In this document: one piece after another, positions 44,675 to 56,100 of the stretch
Layout: each line of letters begins with the position of its first letter
Numbering within the stretch: the first letter of the stretch is position 1
Source: a virus
DNA: 64,000 nucleotides
Reading direction: 5' to 3' (one strand)
IMG/VR virus record: IMGVR_UViG_3300046786_000331
Location: 64,001-128,000 of that record
Notes under the pieces: model-generated
Databases searched by the model: none
Seen by the model: only the letters and a program-made list of their open reading frames with translations
What the model was told of the DNA's origin: nothing
Made by a program: the position numbers and the translations under genes

Positions 44675-45544
44675 ATGGACAATACTAATATGGATCAAAC
44701 TCTTCTCAACCTAAACGATGCGCTAAAAGCTGTCATCGCAGCAAACTTCTCTTCTCAAGAAGTTACCAAATTCTTAGAATTCAACGCTAAAAAAGGCGGC
44801 GATAATTCTGGCAAGGGCATAATTTGGAGTGGGCAAGGCCACACCAAACAATTTGTTTATAACTCAAACCCCGATAGATTTTTTAGCTCTGAGTCAATTG
44901 ATTTAGACAAAGACAAAAATATTTCTTTCGGTGGCACTAAAGTTCTTGACAGTAAGGAATTAGGATCAACTGTTACAAAAAGTAATCTACAACAAGTAGG
45001 TCGCTTAAAAGGTTTAATTGTTGATGGTTCTGTAAACATCAATCAGTATTTGATTTACAACGGTACGTCCGATCGTTTAGGTCTAGGAACAGATGCTCCC
45101 AACGCAGCATTTAGTGTTGCAGAGAATGCCATTGAAGTAATGCTAGGCACTAGTGAAGATTTACACGGAATGGTTGGAACATTTGCTAGTACCGACTTTG
45201 ACATTGTTACCGATAACACTCCTCGTATTTCTGTTAAAGCAAATGGTAATATTGATTTAGGAAATCCAAATCGTAATCCTGTTCAAGTTAAGGTTAACGG
45301 TAAACTAAGTGTTGGCGTTACAAATCCTGATCCAGCTGTTGATTTGCATGTCGCCGGTGGTGTTCGTTTCAGCGGACGTCTACAAGTTTATGCAGAGTCA
45401 ACTCCGACAGAAGGCAATTATATTGTCGGCGATATTATTTGGAATGCCAATCCAAGAGTCGGTAGCACAATCGGTTGGGTATGCCTACGAGCAGGAAGCC
45501 CAGGCGCTTGGTATCCTTTCGGCGAAATCAAAGAAAGAGGTTAA
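44675..45544 (+). CDS. Putative virion structural protein
   Basis: LGLGTDAP, VGVTNPD..LHV fibre-like repeats; GWVC..G.PG.W..FG end; TAAATA upstream. Confidence 0.65.
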   Translation: MDNTNMDQTLLNLNDALKAVIAANFSSQEVTKFLEFNAKKGGDNSGKGIIWSGQGHTKQFVYNSNPDRFFSSESIDLDKDKNISFGGTKVLDSKELGSTVTKSNLQQVGRLKGLIVDGSVNINQYLIYNGTSDRLGLGTDAPNAAFSVAENAIEVMLGTSEDLHGMVGTFASTDFDIVTDNTPRISVKANGNIDLGNPNRNPVQVKVNGKLSVGVTNPDPAVDLHVAGGVRFSGRLQVYAESTPTEGNYIVGDIIWNANPRVGSTIGWVCLRAGSPGAWYPFGEIKERG

Positions 45545-45547
45545 ACT

Positions 45548-46165
45548 ATGGGCAGCATTGCCCTAGCTATAGGTAACGGTGAAAGCCGTAGGAGCCTAGA
45601 TCTTAATTCTATCAATAAAGAATTTATAACTGTAGGGTGTAATGCCCTGCATCGTGATTTCATCCCTAATCATTTAGTGTGCTGTGATGCAAGGATGGTT
45701 AGAGAAGCTCTCGAGAATCCACTAACAGACAACTGTGAAATTCACGTAAGAGAAAACTGGCATCAGTACTTTAGAAAAATTCTTAAGAATAAGCACGTTA
45801 AACTTCTTCCGGAACTTCCGTATAAAGGAACACTTCGTCCCGACAATCACATACATTGGGGATCAGGACCATATGCTGTATTGATAGCCGCAATGCAAGA
45901 AGTTGATACTGTATATCTTGTGGGCTTTGATTTATATGGACGAAATAATCTTGTAAACAATGTCTACAAAGACACAGACAATTATCAAGGATCGCATACA
46001 GCCGCGGTGGATTACAGCTATTGGGTCTATCAAATTTCAAAAATATTTGATTGCTTTCCAAATAAAAAATTTATCGTTGTCAACCAAGAACTATGGAATT
46101 TGCCTGCAGAATGGCAAAAATCTAATACAAGTGTTGTATTTTCGTTAAATACCCTGTATAATTAA
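45548..46165 (+). CDS. Rossmann-like sugar-transfer-associated protein
   Basis: IGNGESR, GCNAL, SGP, LVGFDL. Confidence 0.65.
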   Translation: MGSIALAIGNGESRRSLDLNSINKEFITVGCNALHRDFIPNHLVCCDARMVREALENPLTDNCEIHVRENWHQYFRKILKNKHVKLLPELPYKGTLRPDNHIHWGSGPYAVLIAAMQEVDTVYLVGFDLYGRNNLVNNVYKDTDNYQGSHTAAVDYSYWVYQISKIFDCFPNKKFIVVNQELWNLPAEWQKSNTSVVFSLNTLYN

Positions 46166-46170
46166 AAGCT

Positions 46171-46213
46171 AGAGGACTTAGACGCTCATCCCTCTTAAAA
46201 AATTCTGCGTGTC
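46171..46213 (+). promoter_or_regulatory. preQ1-I-like riboswitch candidate in the queD leader
   Basis: P1 AGAGG/CCTCT, 15-nt loop ending CATC, A-rich tail, loop ACGC can pair with GCGT. Confidence 0.5.
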
Positions 46214-46236
46214 ATTGCTAATCTTAGGAGATAACA

Positions 46237-46743
46237 ATGGCAAATCTACAACCAGTACTTTACAAGTACACATCAACAAAAGAATATCACGACGCCTTTC
46301 CTTGCGCTTATCGTCAATGGCGAGCTGATAGTCACTGTAACTTAATTCACGGATACAGTTTTTCAATGAAGTTCTACTTTGGAACTAACGATCTAGATGT
46401 TCGTAACTGGGCTGCTGACTACGGCGGACTCAAAGAACTCAAGAAAACATTAGAAGATCAATTTGATCATACCCTAATCGTTGCCGCAGACGATCCAGAA
46501 ATGGAAACGTATAATCTTTTAGTAGAAAAGAAAATGGCAAAGGTCGTTGTATTACCTAAACTAGGATGTGAAGGTCTTAGCGATATGCTCTACAAGTATG
46601 TCAACGGAGTTTACATTCCTGAAATGTGGGGTCCAGGTGAAGCGGAAAGACTTTGGTGCTATCGCGTCGAAGTCCGTGAAACACAAAGCAATATGGCTTT
46701 CCGTGAAGGTCATCGTGAATGGAATGAAGACTTATTTGCATAA
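46237..46743 (+). CDS. queD: 6-carboxytetrahydropterin synthase (QueD/PTPS family)
   Basis: SHCNLIHGY, DYGGLK, FDHT, VRET. Confidence 0.88.
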   Translation: MANLQPVLYKYTSTKEYHDAFPCAYRQWRADSHCNLIHGYSFSMKFYFGTNDLDVRNWAADYGGLKELKKTLEDQFDHTLIVAADDPEMETYNLLVEKKMAKVVVLPKLGCEGLSDMLYKYVNGVYIPEMWGPGEAERLWCYRVEVRETQSNMAFREGHREWNEDLFA

Positions 46744-47436
46744 ATGGTAACAGTTCTTTGTGTAAGGTTTGGTACCAAGTACGGGCCCGAATATGTAGAA
46801 AAATTAAGGAACATGGTGTCCCGGCACCTAACTGCTCCTTATGAATTTGTTTGTCTTACAGACGATCAACGTCCTATAGAAGGTGTACGAAGTATCATCT
46901 TACCTAATGCAGGATATGCTAAAGGCTGGTGGCACAAGGTTCACATGTTCGATCCAGGATTGGGGTTATCTGGTAGAATACTATATTTTGATCTAGATGT
47001 TATCATACACGACAATATCGATAAACTAGTTTCAAAAGAAGACAGTAACTTCTACGGTATTCGAGATTTCAACAGAAAGTTCAATCCAGGTTGGAATATC
47101 TTGAACAGTTCTGTAATGAGCTGGCCTGCGGGACTTCATACTGATATCTTTACAGTTTTTAAAACTAATCCAGCTAAAGCACAGAAGCTGCATGGTGATC
47201 AAGATTGGATATGGCAGGTTGCTAAAAATAGAATAACATTTTGGCCAGATGCATGGATACAAAGCTATAAATGGGAAATCAGAGATCGTAGTGAACTTAT
47301 CTATGCAAATGGTAAACGTGTTTTTAAATTAGCAAAGAATCCTGTTATTCCTGCAAATTGTAGCATTGCAGTATTTCATGGAGATCCTAATCCTCATGAA
47401 ATACAAGATCAATATGTGCTTGACAATTGGAAGTAA
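46744..47436 (+). CDS. Glycosyltransferase (GT-A)
   Basis: GTKY...CLTD...WWHK...YFDLD...NSSVM...GDQDW...FHGDPNP. Confidence 0.85.
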   Translation: MVTVLCVRFGTKYGPEYVEKLRNMVSRHLTAPYEFVCLTDDQRPIEGVRSIILPNAGYAKGWWHKVHMFDPGLGLSGRILYFDLDVIIHDNIDKLVSKEDSNFYGIRDFNRKFNPGWNILNSSVMSWPAGLHTDIFTVFKTNPAKAQKLHGDQDWIWQVAKNRITFWPDAWIQSYKWEIRDRSELIYANGKRVFKLAKNPVIPANCSIAVFHGDPNPHEIQDQYVLDNWK

Positions 47437-47448
47437 TGGTGCTATACT
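47420..47448 (+). promoter_or_regulatory. Sigma70 promoter (leaderless to ATG 47455)
   Basis: TTGACA-17 bp-TATACT. Confidence 0.8.
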
Positions 47449-47454
47449 AGCATC

Positions 47455-47646
47455 ATGACTAAGACATATACAATTGTTGTTGAAGAAGATCCGGTAACTG
47501 GAGATCTTGTACTTCCTTTTACTCCTGACATGCTTGCACAAGTAGGTTGGGATTTTGGTGATACAATTGTCTGGACCGAATCTGATCACGGTTCTTTCAT
47601 TCTTTCTAAGAAAGAAACTAATGACTCCGAAACAAAAGAGAGTTGA
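47455..47646 (+). CDS. AbrB/MazE-like small DNA-binding protein
   Basis: DLVLPF..DML..VGW..GDTIVW. Confidence 0.7.
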   Translation: MTKTYTIVVEEDPVTGDLVLPFTPDMLAQVGWDFGDTIVWTESDHGSFILSKKETNDSETKES

Positions 47647-47836
47647 GATTAAACGACTGTTGCATCTTCTAAACGAAGACAATCGTTACACGTTTAATCG
47701 CATGTATGCTCCAAATAATTTAGATCAAGATGTTGATTTAACGGTTGACAAGATGCCGGCAAAACAGTTATCATGGGCATTGCAACAATGTCAAAACTCC
47801 TACTACAGACTTTTTAAGGTTATTCAAAGTGCTTAA
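47621..47836 (+). CDS. Hypothetical protein
   Basis: ATG at 47621. Confidence 0.6.
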   Translation: MTPKQKRVEIKRLLHLLNEDNRYTFNRMYAPNNLDQDVDLTVDKMPAKQLSWALQQCQNSYYRLFKVIQSA

Positions 47837-48854
47837 ACGAATCGGCTTCGCCTGCAAACTTATCGACGGTCCTAGCCAAATTGATGGCATTAAGCAGACT
47901 GATAACTGCAAACAATATAATACCAACACCACAACTGTTGCCTGGTTAAATAGACAATCGCGGGCCGTTGCTGAAGAAAAGTTGTGGGACTTAATGAAAC
48001 ACAACATCGAAGCATGTCGCCTGCTTGTTAAAAAGGTAGGCACTTTTGATGAAAATCTTAGAATGGTACGACTCAGTAGCGATATACTTCCTGTTTTCAC
48101 TCACAGTGATTGGGGGTTCTTTTATGGGCTACCCGATGTTAGAAGTTATTGCGAAAGAGAATTTAGAAAAGTGGGAGATTTGGCTCGCCAGAATAACGTT
48201 CGCCTCAGTTTTCATCCCGGTCAGTTTACTGTGCTTGCATCTGCTAATCCAGGTATTGTAGATCGTAGCATTGAAGAATTTGAATATCATGCACTAATGG
48301 CTGCATGGATGGGCTACGGACAAACTTTCCAGGACCTTAAAATTAACGTGCATATTTCGGGCCAGCAAGGTCCTGACGGTATTCGTAAGGCATATCAACG
48401 CCTTAGCCCCGAAGCACGTAACACACTCACAATTGAAAATGAAGAAATTACACACAACCTTGAAACCTGTTTGGAACTTGCTGATCTCGTTCCAATTGTA
48501 TTGGACATACACCATCACTGGATTAACTCGGGGGAATATATTGACCCTACTGACGAACGTGTTCAACGGGTTATTGACAGTTGGCGCGGTGTGCGCCCTA
48601 CTATTCATTACAGTGTATCTCGCGAAGATGTACTCGTTAATCATGCCACTGGACTCCGTCCCGATCTTCCGACCCTCCTAACAGAAGGTCACAAGAAAGC
48701 AAAGCTCAGGGCACATTCAAACTTCTATTGGAATACAGAAGTTAACAAATGGGCACTGAGCTTTAGGGAAGTTGCAGATATCATGTGCGAAAGCAAGGCT
48801 AAGAATCTAGCCAGTTTCGCACTCTACGAAGAAGCTAAACTATTAGGCCTGTGA
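47829..48854 (+). CDS. uvsE: UV damage endonuclease
   Basis: RIGFACK, RLSS, RLSFHPGQF, NVH, IEN, LDIHHH, RAHS, ESKAK. Confidence 0.93.
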   Translation: MLKRIGFACKLIDGPSQIDGIKQTDNCKQYNTNTTTVAWLNRQSRAVAEEKLWDLMKHNIEACRLLVKKVGTFDENLRMVRLSSDILPVFTHSDWGFFYGLPDVRSYCEREFRKVGDLARQNNVRLSFHPGQFTVLASANPGIVDRSIEEFEYHALMAAWMGYGQTFQDLKINVHISGQQGPDGIRKAYQRLSPEARNTLTIENEEITHNLETCLELADLVPIVLDIHHHWINSGEYIDPTDERVQRVIDSWRGVRPTIHYSVSREDVLVNHATGLRPDLPTLLTEGHKKAKLRAHSNFYWNTEVNKWALSFREVADIMCESKAKNLASFALYEEAKLLGL

Positions 48855-49127
48855 CTTAGGAGCTTTTGGCTTCTTAGGTGCAGCAGGCTTTTTCTGTGCT
48901 GGCTTCTTTTCACCGGCAGGCTTCTTAGCAAATTGTTGCTTTTTAGGTGCTGGTTTTTTCTTCTCTGGTGCTGTAGCAACAACAGGTGCAGGCGCAGCTT
49001 CTACAACTGGCGCTGGTTCTGCAACTGGAGCAGCTTCTACAACTGGTGCTACTTCAACTTTATATGGGGCTTCCGCAGTTTGTTCTGCTGGCTTACCGCC
49101 AAATAGTTTCTTTAAAAATCCGATCAT
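48843..49127 (-). CDS. Ala/Pro/Lys-rich low-complexity protein
   Basis: AAGGAG SD; MIGFLKKLFG then APVVE and KKPA repeats. Confidence 0.75.
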   Translation of the reverse strand: MIGFLKKLFGGKPAEQTAEAPYKVEVAPVVEAAPVAEPAPVVEAAPAPVVATAPEKKKPAPKKQQFAKKPAGEKKPAQKKPAAPKKPKAPKSQA

Positions 49128-49169
49128 ATCGAAATCTCCTTGTGGTTTTATTTATTAATAAATATCATC

Positions 49170-49790
49170 ATGATAATATCTTGCGGTCCTGAATCTGATA
49201 AAAGAACATTAACATTAGAACTTCCAACAGAACCTAGCAAAATTGGTATATTTGTTAGTGGCGGCTTAGATAGTGCAATTTTGTATTATCTTTTAATGGA
49301 AGAAAATAAACGTCAAAATAACATTCACGAAATTGTTCCGTTAACAGTATTGAGAAAAGAAGGATCCAAAAACTTCTCACAATTAGTTGTAGCACACGTT
49401 CAGAGTGCTTTTCATTATTCATACACAGAATCATTAAAAGTTGGGGACAATACATTACCCGAGCCTGAGCAAGTTAAATCAGGCGTACAGGAAGCATTTA
49501 AACTAGGTTTTAAGCGTGTTTATACAGGACTAATAGAACAACTATCAGAGCATATGATCGGCTGGGATAAGATACCCTACAACGAAAACGACTTCTTCAA
49601 AGCACCTATGAAGGATTTAAACAAAAGTCATGTAGTAGATCTTTGCTATTTGTTCAATCAAGAAACCTTATTCTACATTACGCATAGTTGTGCGGCTTGG
49701 GAAGTCAGTAGATGTTATAGCTGCAATGGCTGTAACGAAAGACGTTGGGGTTTTGAGCAACTACTCAAAATAGATCCGGGTACTATTTAA
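49170..49790 (+). CDS. QueC-like PP-loop ATPase
   Basis: VSGGLDS, P...LNK, THSC...C..C..C.ER. Confidence 0.75.
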   Translation: MIISCGPESDKRTLTLELPTEPSKIGIFVSGGLDSAILYYLLMEENKRQNNIHEIVPLTVLRKEGSKNFSQLVVAHVQSAFHYSYTESLKVGDNTLPEPEQVKSGVQEAFKLGFKRVYTGLIEQLSEHMIGWDKIPYNENDFFKAPMKDLNKSHVVDLCYLFNQETLFYITHSCAAWEVSRCYSCNGCNERRWGFEQLLKIDPGTI

Positions 49791-50074
49791 AACTTACCAA
49801 CAGGTAGTTCTGTACTAGCGGGCATATCCCAAATTTTCTTGCGCTCGACGCCTTTTCGTTGGGCAAATCTTTTAGCATCACAGTTTGAACAAACATGAAA
49901 ATAGTTGTTGTTCAACCTTTTAGTTTGAATTTTTTTAAGTTCTCTTTCGAACAATTCATCGCAGTTATCACAACGAAACACAGCAATCGTTTTATTTCTA
50001 GTATAAGGATGCTCAACTCCAAGTTTACTGATCCTAACGTGTTGAGTTTGCAGAGTTTTTGTTTTTAAGAACAT
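49787..50074 (-). CDS. Zn-ribbon hypothetical protein
   Basis: CDNC...CSNC. Confidence 0.7.
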   Translation of the reverse strand: MFLKTKTLQTQHVRISKLGVEHPYTRNKTIAVFRCDNCDELFERELKKIQTKRLNNNYFHVCSNCDAKRFAQRKGVERKKIWDMPASTELPVGKF

Positions 50075-50144
50075 ATGTTATTTACATTAGGCTTATAAAA
50101 TTTTTAGCTAAATACCATAGATATCCAAAAACATAGGATGAACT

Positions 50145-53100
50145 ATGGCAAGAAAAATAATTGACATCGGCGTTGTAGGTAACGACGGCACAGGCGACAG
50201 TATTCGCGATTCGTTTAGAAAAGTAAACGACAACTTTAGAGAATTATATAGCTCTCTCGGCTTAGGTGAAAGACTAACATTCATCGGATTAGATGACGTT
50301 AAAGCCGATTCCGGCAGTCAGCCTTACAGAGAGCTCGGCGGTTACTTAGGACAAGAAAATGCTATCTTGTCAGTTAACCCAGACGAAAGCGGTATTAAGT
50401 TTAAACAACTAATTCCAGGTTCTGGTATTAACTTAGATTTTACTACTAACAACAACGAAATTAGAATTAGCTCAGAATTTTCTGAAGTTGTTGCAGACCC
50501 AAGCCCACAGCTAGGCGGCGATCTAAGTGTAAAGTCCGGTGGTGTTACACACCGAATTAAGGACATGGAAGAGTTTGGTATTCCTATCAAACCTATATTT
50601 GAACACGAAGCAGTTAATAAAAATTACGCAGATACTAAGATTTCTCGTGCTGGCGTTGATGCTATTGATCCTAGAACAGGTGTGTCAAATCCTGCGTTCG
50701 GAACAATGTCTGGACCGTTGGTTCTATCTAGAGATCCACAACCAGATGATGATGAAAAATATGATGGCTTAGTTGCTGCAACTAAACGATATGTTGACAA
50801 CTCTGCGTTTGGTAGTAGCGTTAACTTGTATGTTGCTACATCAGGTGCTGATGATAGAGTTGGGGTTAGTTCTGCTTTACAAGGTCGTGCATTAGCTTAT
50901 GCTTATCGCACAATTGAAGCCGCATGTAAACGAGCAGAAGAAATTATGCTTGAATCTCGTTTGGAGATCGGGCCATACAAGAAAGTATTAACTTACAATC
51001 AAGGTCAAGGCGAGTGTTCGTTAGACTTCATCGATATTGCTCCTGGTTCAGGTGGCGGATTCAGTGGAACTGTATTGATGAGTGTTGACACCATCACAGT
51101 TAGCAACGTAGGTGTTAACTACAGACCCGGAGACATTATTACTGTAGCCGGTGGCACTTATACACAACCTGCCACATACGAAGTTTTATCCATTACAGCA
51201 GCAGGCGGTGTTCTAACATTTAGACAATTGAGTTCTGGTGTGTATACCGCACTACCTGGAAATACTGATGTATTAACAACTACCGACAGCGACTTTGGTG
51301 GATTAGGCGGCGGTGATGCTGTTGTAAAATTCAACATTACTTACAAAGTTAATAATGTTCAAATCAATTCCGGCGGTTCAGGTTACGGACTTGTATCTGT
51401 ACGTATCGTCGGAGGTGGTGGTCAAGGAGCCTTTGGTACTGCTGATATCGTCGGCGGTAGCGTTATGGGAATTACAATCACTGACCAAGGTACAGGATTT
51501 ACTAGTTTACCAAACGTTGTTGTAAATCTTCCTCGCTTCTTAATTAAGACAGAAGGATATAAAACAGACTTTACAGGTGATTACTCTACATCAACTCCTT
51601 CGGCAATTAGAGGAAGAGACATTAGAGAAGGTTTGTATCTAAGAGGAGAAAGCTCAGGCGCTCTAGCACAAATCTTAGCGCACCAAGGAGCATTAGATAG
51701 CGACGGTAATGAAATATTTGATGTTGATATCAAATACGGTTCTTTTATTATAGGCGAAGCAATTTCCTACGGTGATGTTACTAAGAACACACAAATTACA
51801 ATTTTAGTTGAAAGCGGTATCTACGAAGAAAACTTACCATTACGTGTTCCTCAAAACGTATCTATCGTAGGTGATGAATTTAGACGTTGTATTATTCGTC
51901 CAAAGAACGGAGTTAGTTCAAGCCCATGGGCATTCTTAAACTTCCGTAGAGATCTAACAATTGGACAAGAGAACTTAGATCAACTAGTTATTGCTGATAG
52001 ATTGTTTGGATATCACTATCTAACAGATAGCAGCACTCCTGTATATCCTATTGTAAACAACAAAGGCTATTATCGTGCTGCTGCTGAACTTCTTTCACTA
52101 AACAGACAGTTCATTCAGAAAGAAGTCATTGGTTGGATCAACAGTGAAATTATAAATCAAAATTCACCGTTCACAAGTTCATTCTTATATAATCAAGAAT
52201 TATGTGAAAGAGACGTTGGTTTAATTATTGACGCTATGGTCTTTGACTTAAAGTGGGGCGGTTCAAACAGAACTATTTCTGCTGCATTAAAATACTATGG
52301 CAGTGCTAGTGGTTTAATTGCTATTGGAACTGGACAGCTAAGTCAAACAATTGCAGGAATTAACCGTATTGGAACACTAGCACAATTAGTGATTAGAAAC
52401 GTTCCTATTACTGAAACCTACAATACTACAATTACTCAAATTGTTGATAATGCTTATGTTGCAGAAACCGGATCCGGTGGAGTTTCATTCAGTATTGGAA
52501 GTGCTACTAATGCCAATCCAGTTGTTGTTACAACAACATCTGCACACGGACTAACAAACGGTAGTCAAGTTTTAATTAGTGATGTTAGTGGCATGGAAGA
52601 AATTAACGGTAATGATTTCTACGTAAGCCTTATTGATTCAACATCATTCTATCTCTATAACGATCCTGCACTAAGTGATTCCGTTGATGGTACCGATTAC
52701 GGAATTTACACTTCTGGTGGTAATGCTACAAACACCGGCGGAGTGATCGGTGCATTAATTAATGTTATTGTTGATGTTATTGATAACTCAGGAAGTGTAA
52801 ACTATCCTAAAGACAACGACAGAATGGACGTTCTTTTATGTAACGATTCTGTTCGTGTACAATCTATTACATTCCAAGGGCATGGCGGATTTGCTATGGT
52901 ACTTGATCCAGAAGGACAAATCCTTGCAAAATCTCCTTATGCACAAGAATGTGCCAGCTTTACAAAGAGTAACGGAGAACAAAGATTTGCTGGTGGACAA
53001 TATGTTGACGGATTTACAGGAAACTTAAAATTTAAGATTCTCAGCAAAGACAGCAATACATTCTTGCGTGTTGGTGAATTAAATCGTATGCCGCAATTGC

Positions 53101-56100
53101 CGGCTTCGTTTATTGTTGAAGATACAGTTTATAGAATTAACTATGTTAGAGATTATACTTTCAACACAGCAGGTTCTACTGCGTCTTTTGTTTTAGATGA
53201 ATCAACACCTTGGCCCTTTGGAGTATTCACTTATGACAGTGATATTTGCTCTAGAGACGTTGGATTGATCCTTGATGGTCTAGGGTACGACATTGTATTA
53301 GGAACTAACTATCACGCAAGAAAAGCAGGTCTAAGTTATAGACAAGCCAATGCTGCTGTAGTTATTAGCGATCAATTAGATCTAACTATACGAGCTATCG
53401 AATATGCACACGATCTTGCTTATGCAGCAATTTCGTCATATCCAGCTGCACAGCCTACAGTATTAACAAGTAAAAATGCAATAGCATCAATTGTGCAGAA
53501 CGGTTCAACATTTGCACCGAATCTGTTGTTTACATTGCCTAGTGGATTATCGGCAAACGTAACCAATGCTAAAATTCTTTTAGAATCTAACATTGATTTT
53601 ATCAAAGACGAAACAGTTGGATACATTACTTCAACTTACCCGTCGTTAACATATACTGTTGATACATGTGCTAGAGATGTTCAATACATTATTGAAGCAT
53701 TAATTTATGATTTAATCTATGGCGGTAATAGTGAAACACGAAAGGCAGGTATCAAGTATTATGATGCTGTAGGTTCTGTTGAATCTCTACAGATACCTGT
53801 AGGACAATTAACCGAAACAGTAGATGGTATTAATTATGCCAACTATCTAGCCAAGAGAGTTATTCAAAACCTAGCACCTGCAACAACATATTCTTCAACA
53901 GTAAGAACTAGCGGAACTCCAGCTAGTGGTGCTGAAGTAACTATTGTTGATACTTTATTAACCAATGTTGCTGCTATTATTTCTGGCGGAACTGGTGCTG
54001 CTGCCGCAGAAACACTTCCTAGCTTAACTGGATATCTAACAACATTAACTAATGCTAGAGATGAATTAGTATCGAGTACAGCATCTATACAGTCTGGTAC
54101 TATAAACTTTGTAGACGAAAATGCAAACGTTTTTGAAGTATTAATGCCTGGTAATAGATCTATGTTGAGCAATGACTACACACAGATCAACGACTTAGGT
54201 TATGGTATCGTTGTTAATAACGGTGGTTTGGCAGAATGTGTAAGTATGTTCACGTACTATTGCCATATTTCATATTACTCAATCGGTGGTGGACAAATTC
54301 GTTCAGTTGGCGGTTCTAGCTCGCATGGTAACTATGCTTTAGTTGCTGAAGGCGCTGACCCATTAGAAGTTCCAACTCCAGTTACACTCTACTACGATCT
54401 AGCTCAGGGCGCAGAATGTTATTACCCATCGGGTGCATTTGCTAACGCTGTTGCTGGTTTGGAAATTTACATTACAAATTACGATTATGTTCCACTAGAG
54501 AGCAGTGAGCTTGAAGTTGATCATGGACTTGGATCAATCTATAGATATCCAATCACTTCTGTATCAACTGCTGGATTACCAGCAGGTGTTGCTAGATTAG
54601 GACTAGGCAGCAGTGAAGGAACAGGAGTTGATGGTTTGGCGGCTGTAGTCGCAGACGGAACAGTTTTAACCATTAGACAAAACGCACAGGTTGTATTAAC
54701 AGGTAACGTTGTTGAAGTAGCTGTTCGTCCAAGTACTGGTTTGGTATTAAGAGAAAGTTCAGACGTTTATCGTATCTTACAATTTGAAGCATTTGAAGAC
54801 CCAGCGGGTGCAAATGTATTCACAGTGTCTATTGCTAACCCCGGAGTCATTACAAATGTTGGTCATGGATTACAACCTGGTTATCAGATTAAATTATCAA
54901 CTACAGGTTCATTGCCAACAGGATTAGATACGCTAGCAACTTACTACGTATTGTCAGATGGCTGGACTGCTAATTCTTTCAGGATTGGTGTTAACAAACG
55001 AGGTCCTGCGATTGTAACAACCGGTTCACAATCAGGTGTTCATAGCTATACTGTTGAAGGGCTTGCTCGTACTACAATGCGAGAAAACTACAACTATGTA
55101 GACATGTCAATCTATCCGCAGCAGCCTTTCGATGCTACAGAACGTGTTTGCACAGTTAGTATTGCAAGTCCGGGAGTTGTAAATTTATCAAGTCATGGAT
55201 TTATTGCAGGGGATGTTATTAGATTTACATCTACTGGTTCTTTACCTGTTGGATTAAGTACTACTAGACATTATTTTGTTAAGAATGTTTTAAGTCCTAG
55301 CACATTCACTGTAACCGATACTGCAACATCAACTTCTACAGAAGTTGCAACTTCTGGAACACAATCCGGTATACACAAGGTTGGAAAGGTTCTTGGAGCA
55401 GCAGGTAGCACAACATTTGCTATTACAGGTTTAGGTACATCAGAAGCTGACAGAGTTTTAAATTCTAAATTTGTTTGGAAGGGCCAAGAATACATTGTTC
55501 AAAGTTATAGCAGTGAATTAGTGACTGGAGAGCCATATGCTACAGTAACAGTAAGTCCTGCACTTAACGACAGCGTAGTATATTGGACATCATTACCAAC
55601 ACTGAAATCAGCTGTAGCTAAAGATGAACCAGGTACACTAACAATTCGTATTTCGTTAACTCGTGTTACATCACATGACTTGTTAGAGATTGGTACCGGA
55701 TCATATGCTGACACCAACTATCCTAACGAAATTTATGGACAGTCTGTAAACCCATTAAATGATGCTAACGAAACAGAAGAACGTGGAGTAGGTCGTGTAT
55801 TCTATGTTACCACAGACCAATTTGGTAACTTTAGCGTTGGACCATATTTCCGAGTAGACCAAGGTACAGGTACTGTTACATTTGCTGCTGCGATTGCTCT
55901 AAGTAACTTAGACGGTATTGGTTTCAAACGTGGTGTTCCAGTTAGTGAGTTTTCCACAGACTCTGCAATGTCAGATAACGCAACTGACACAGTTCCTACA
56001 GAAAACGCAACTAGAGGTTATATAGAACGTAGATTAGGTATTACACATAATGGTTCTGTTGTTAGTGCAGGAACATTAATTCCTCCAATTTCAGGAGGAT

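Noticed and set aside
48900-49060. Short tandem-like repeats
   Set aside because: Explained by APVVE/KKPA low-complexity coding in 48843-49127.
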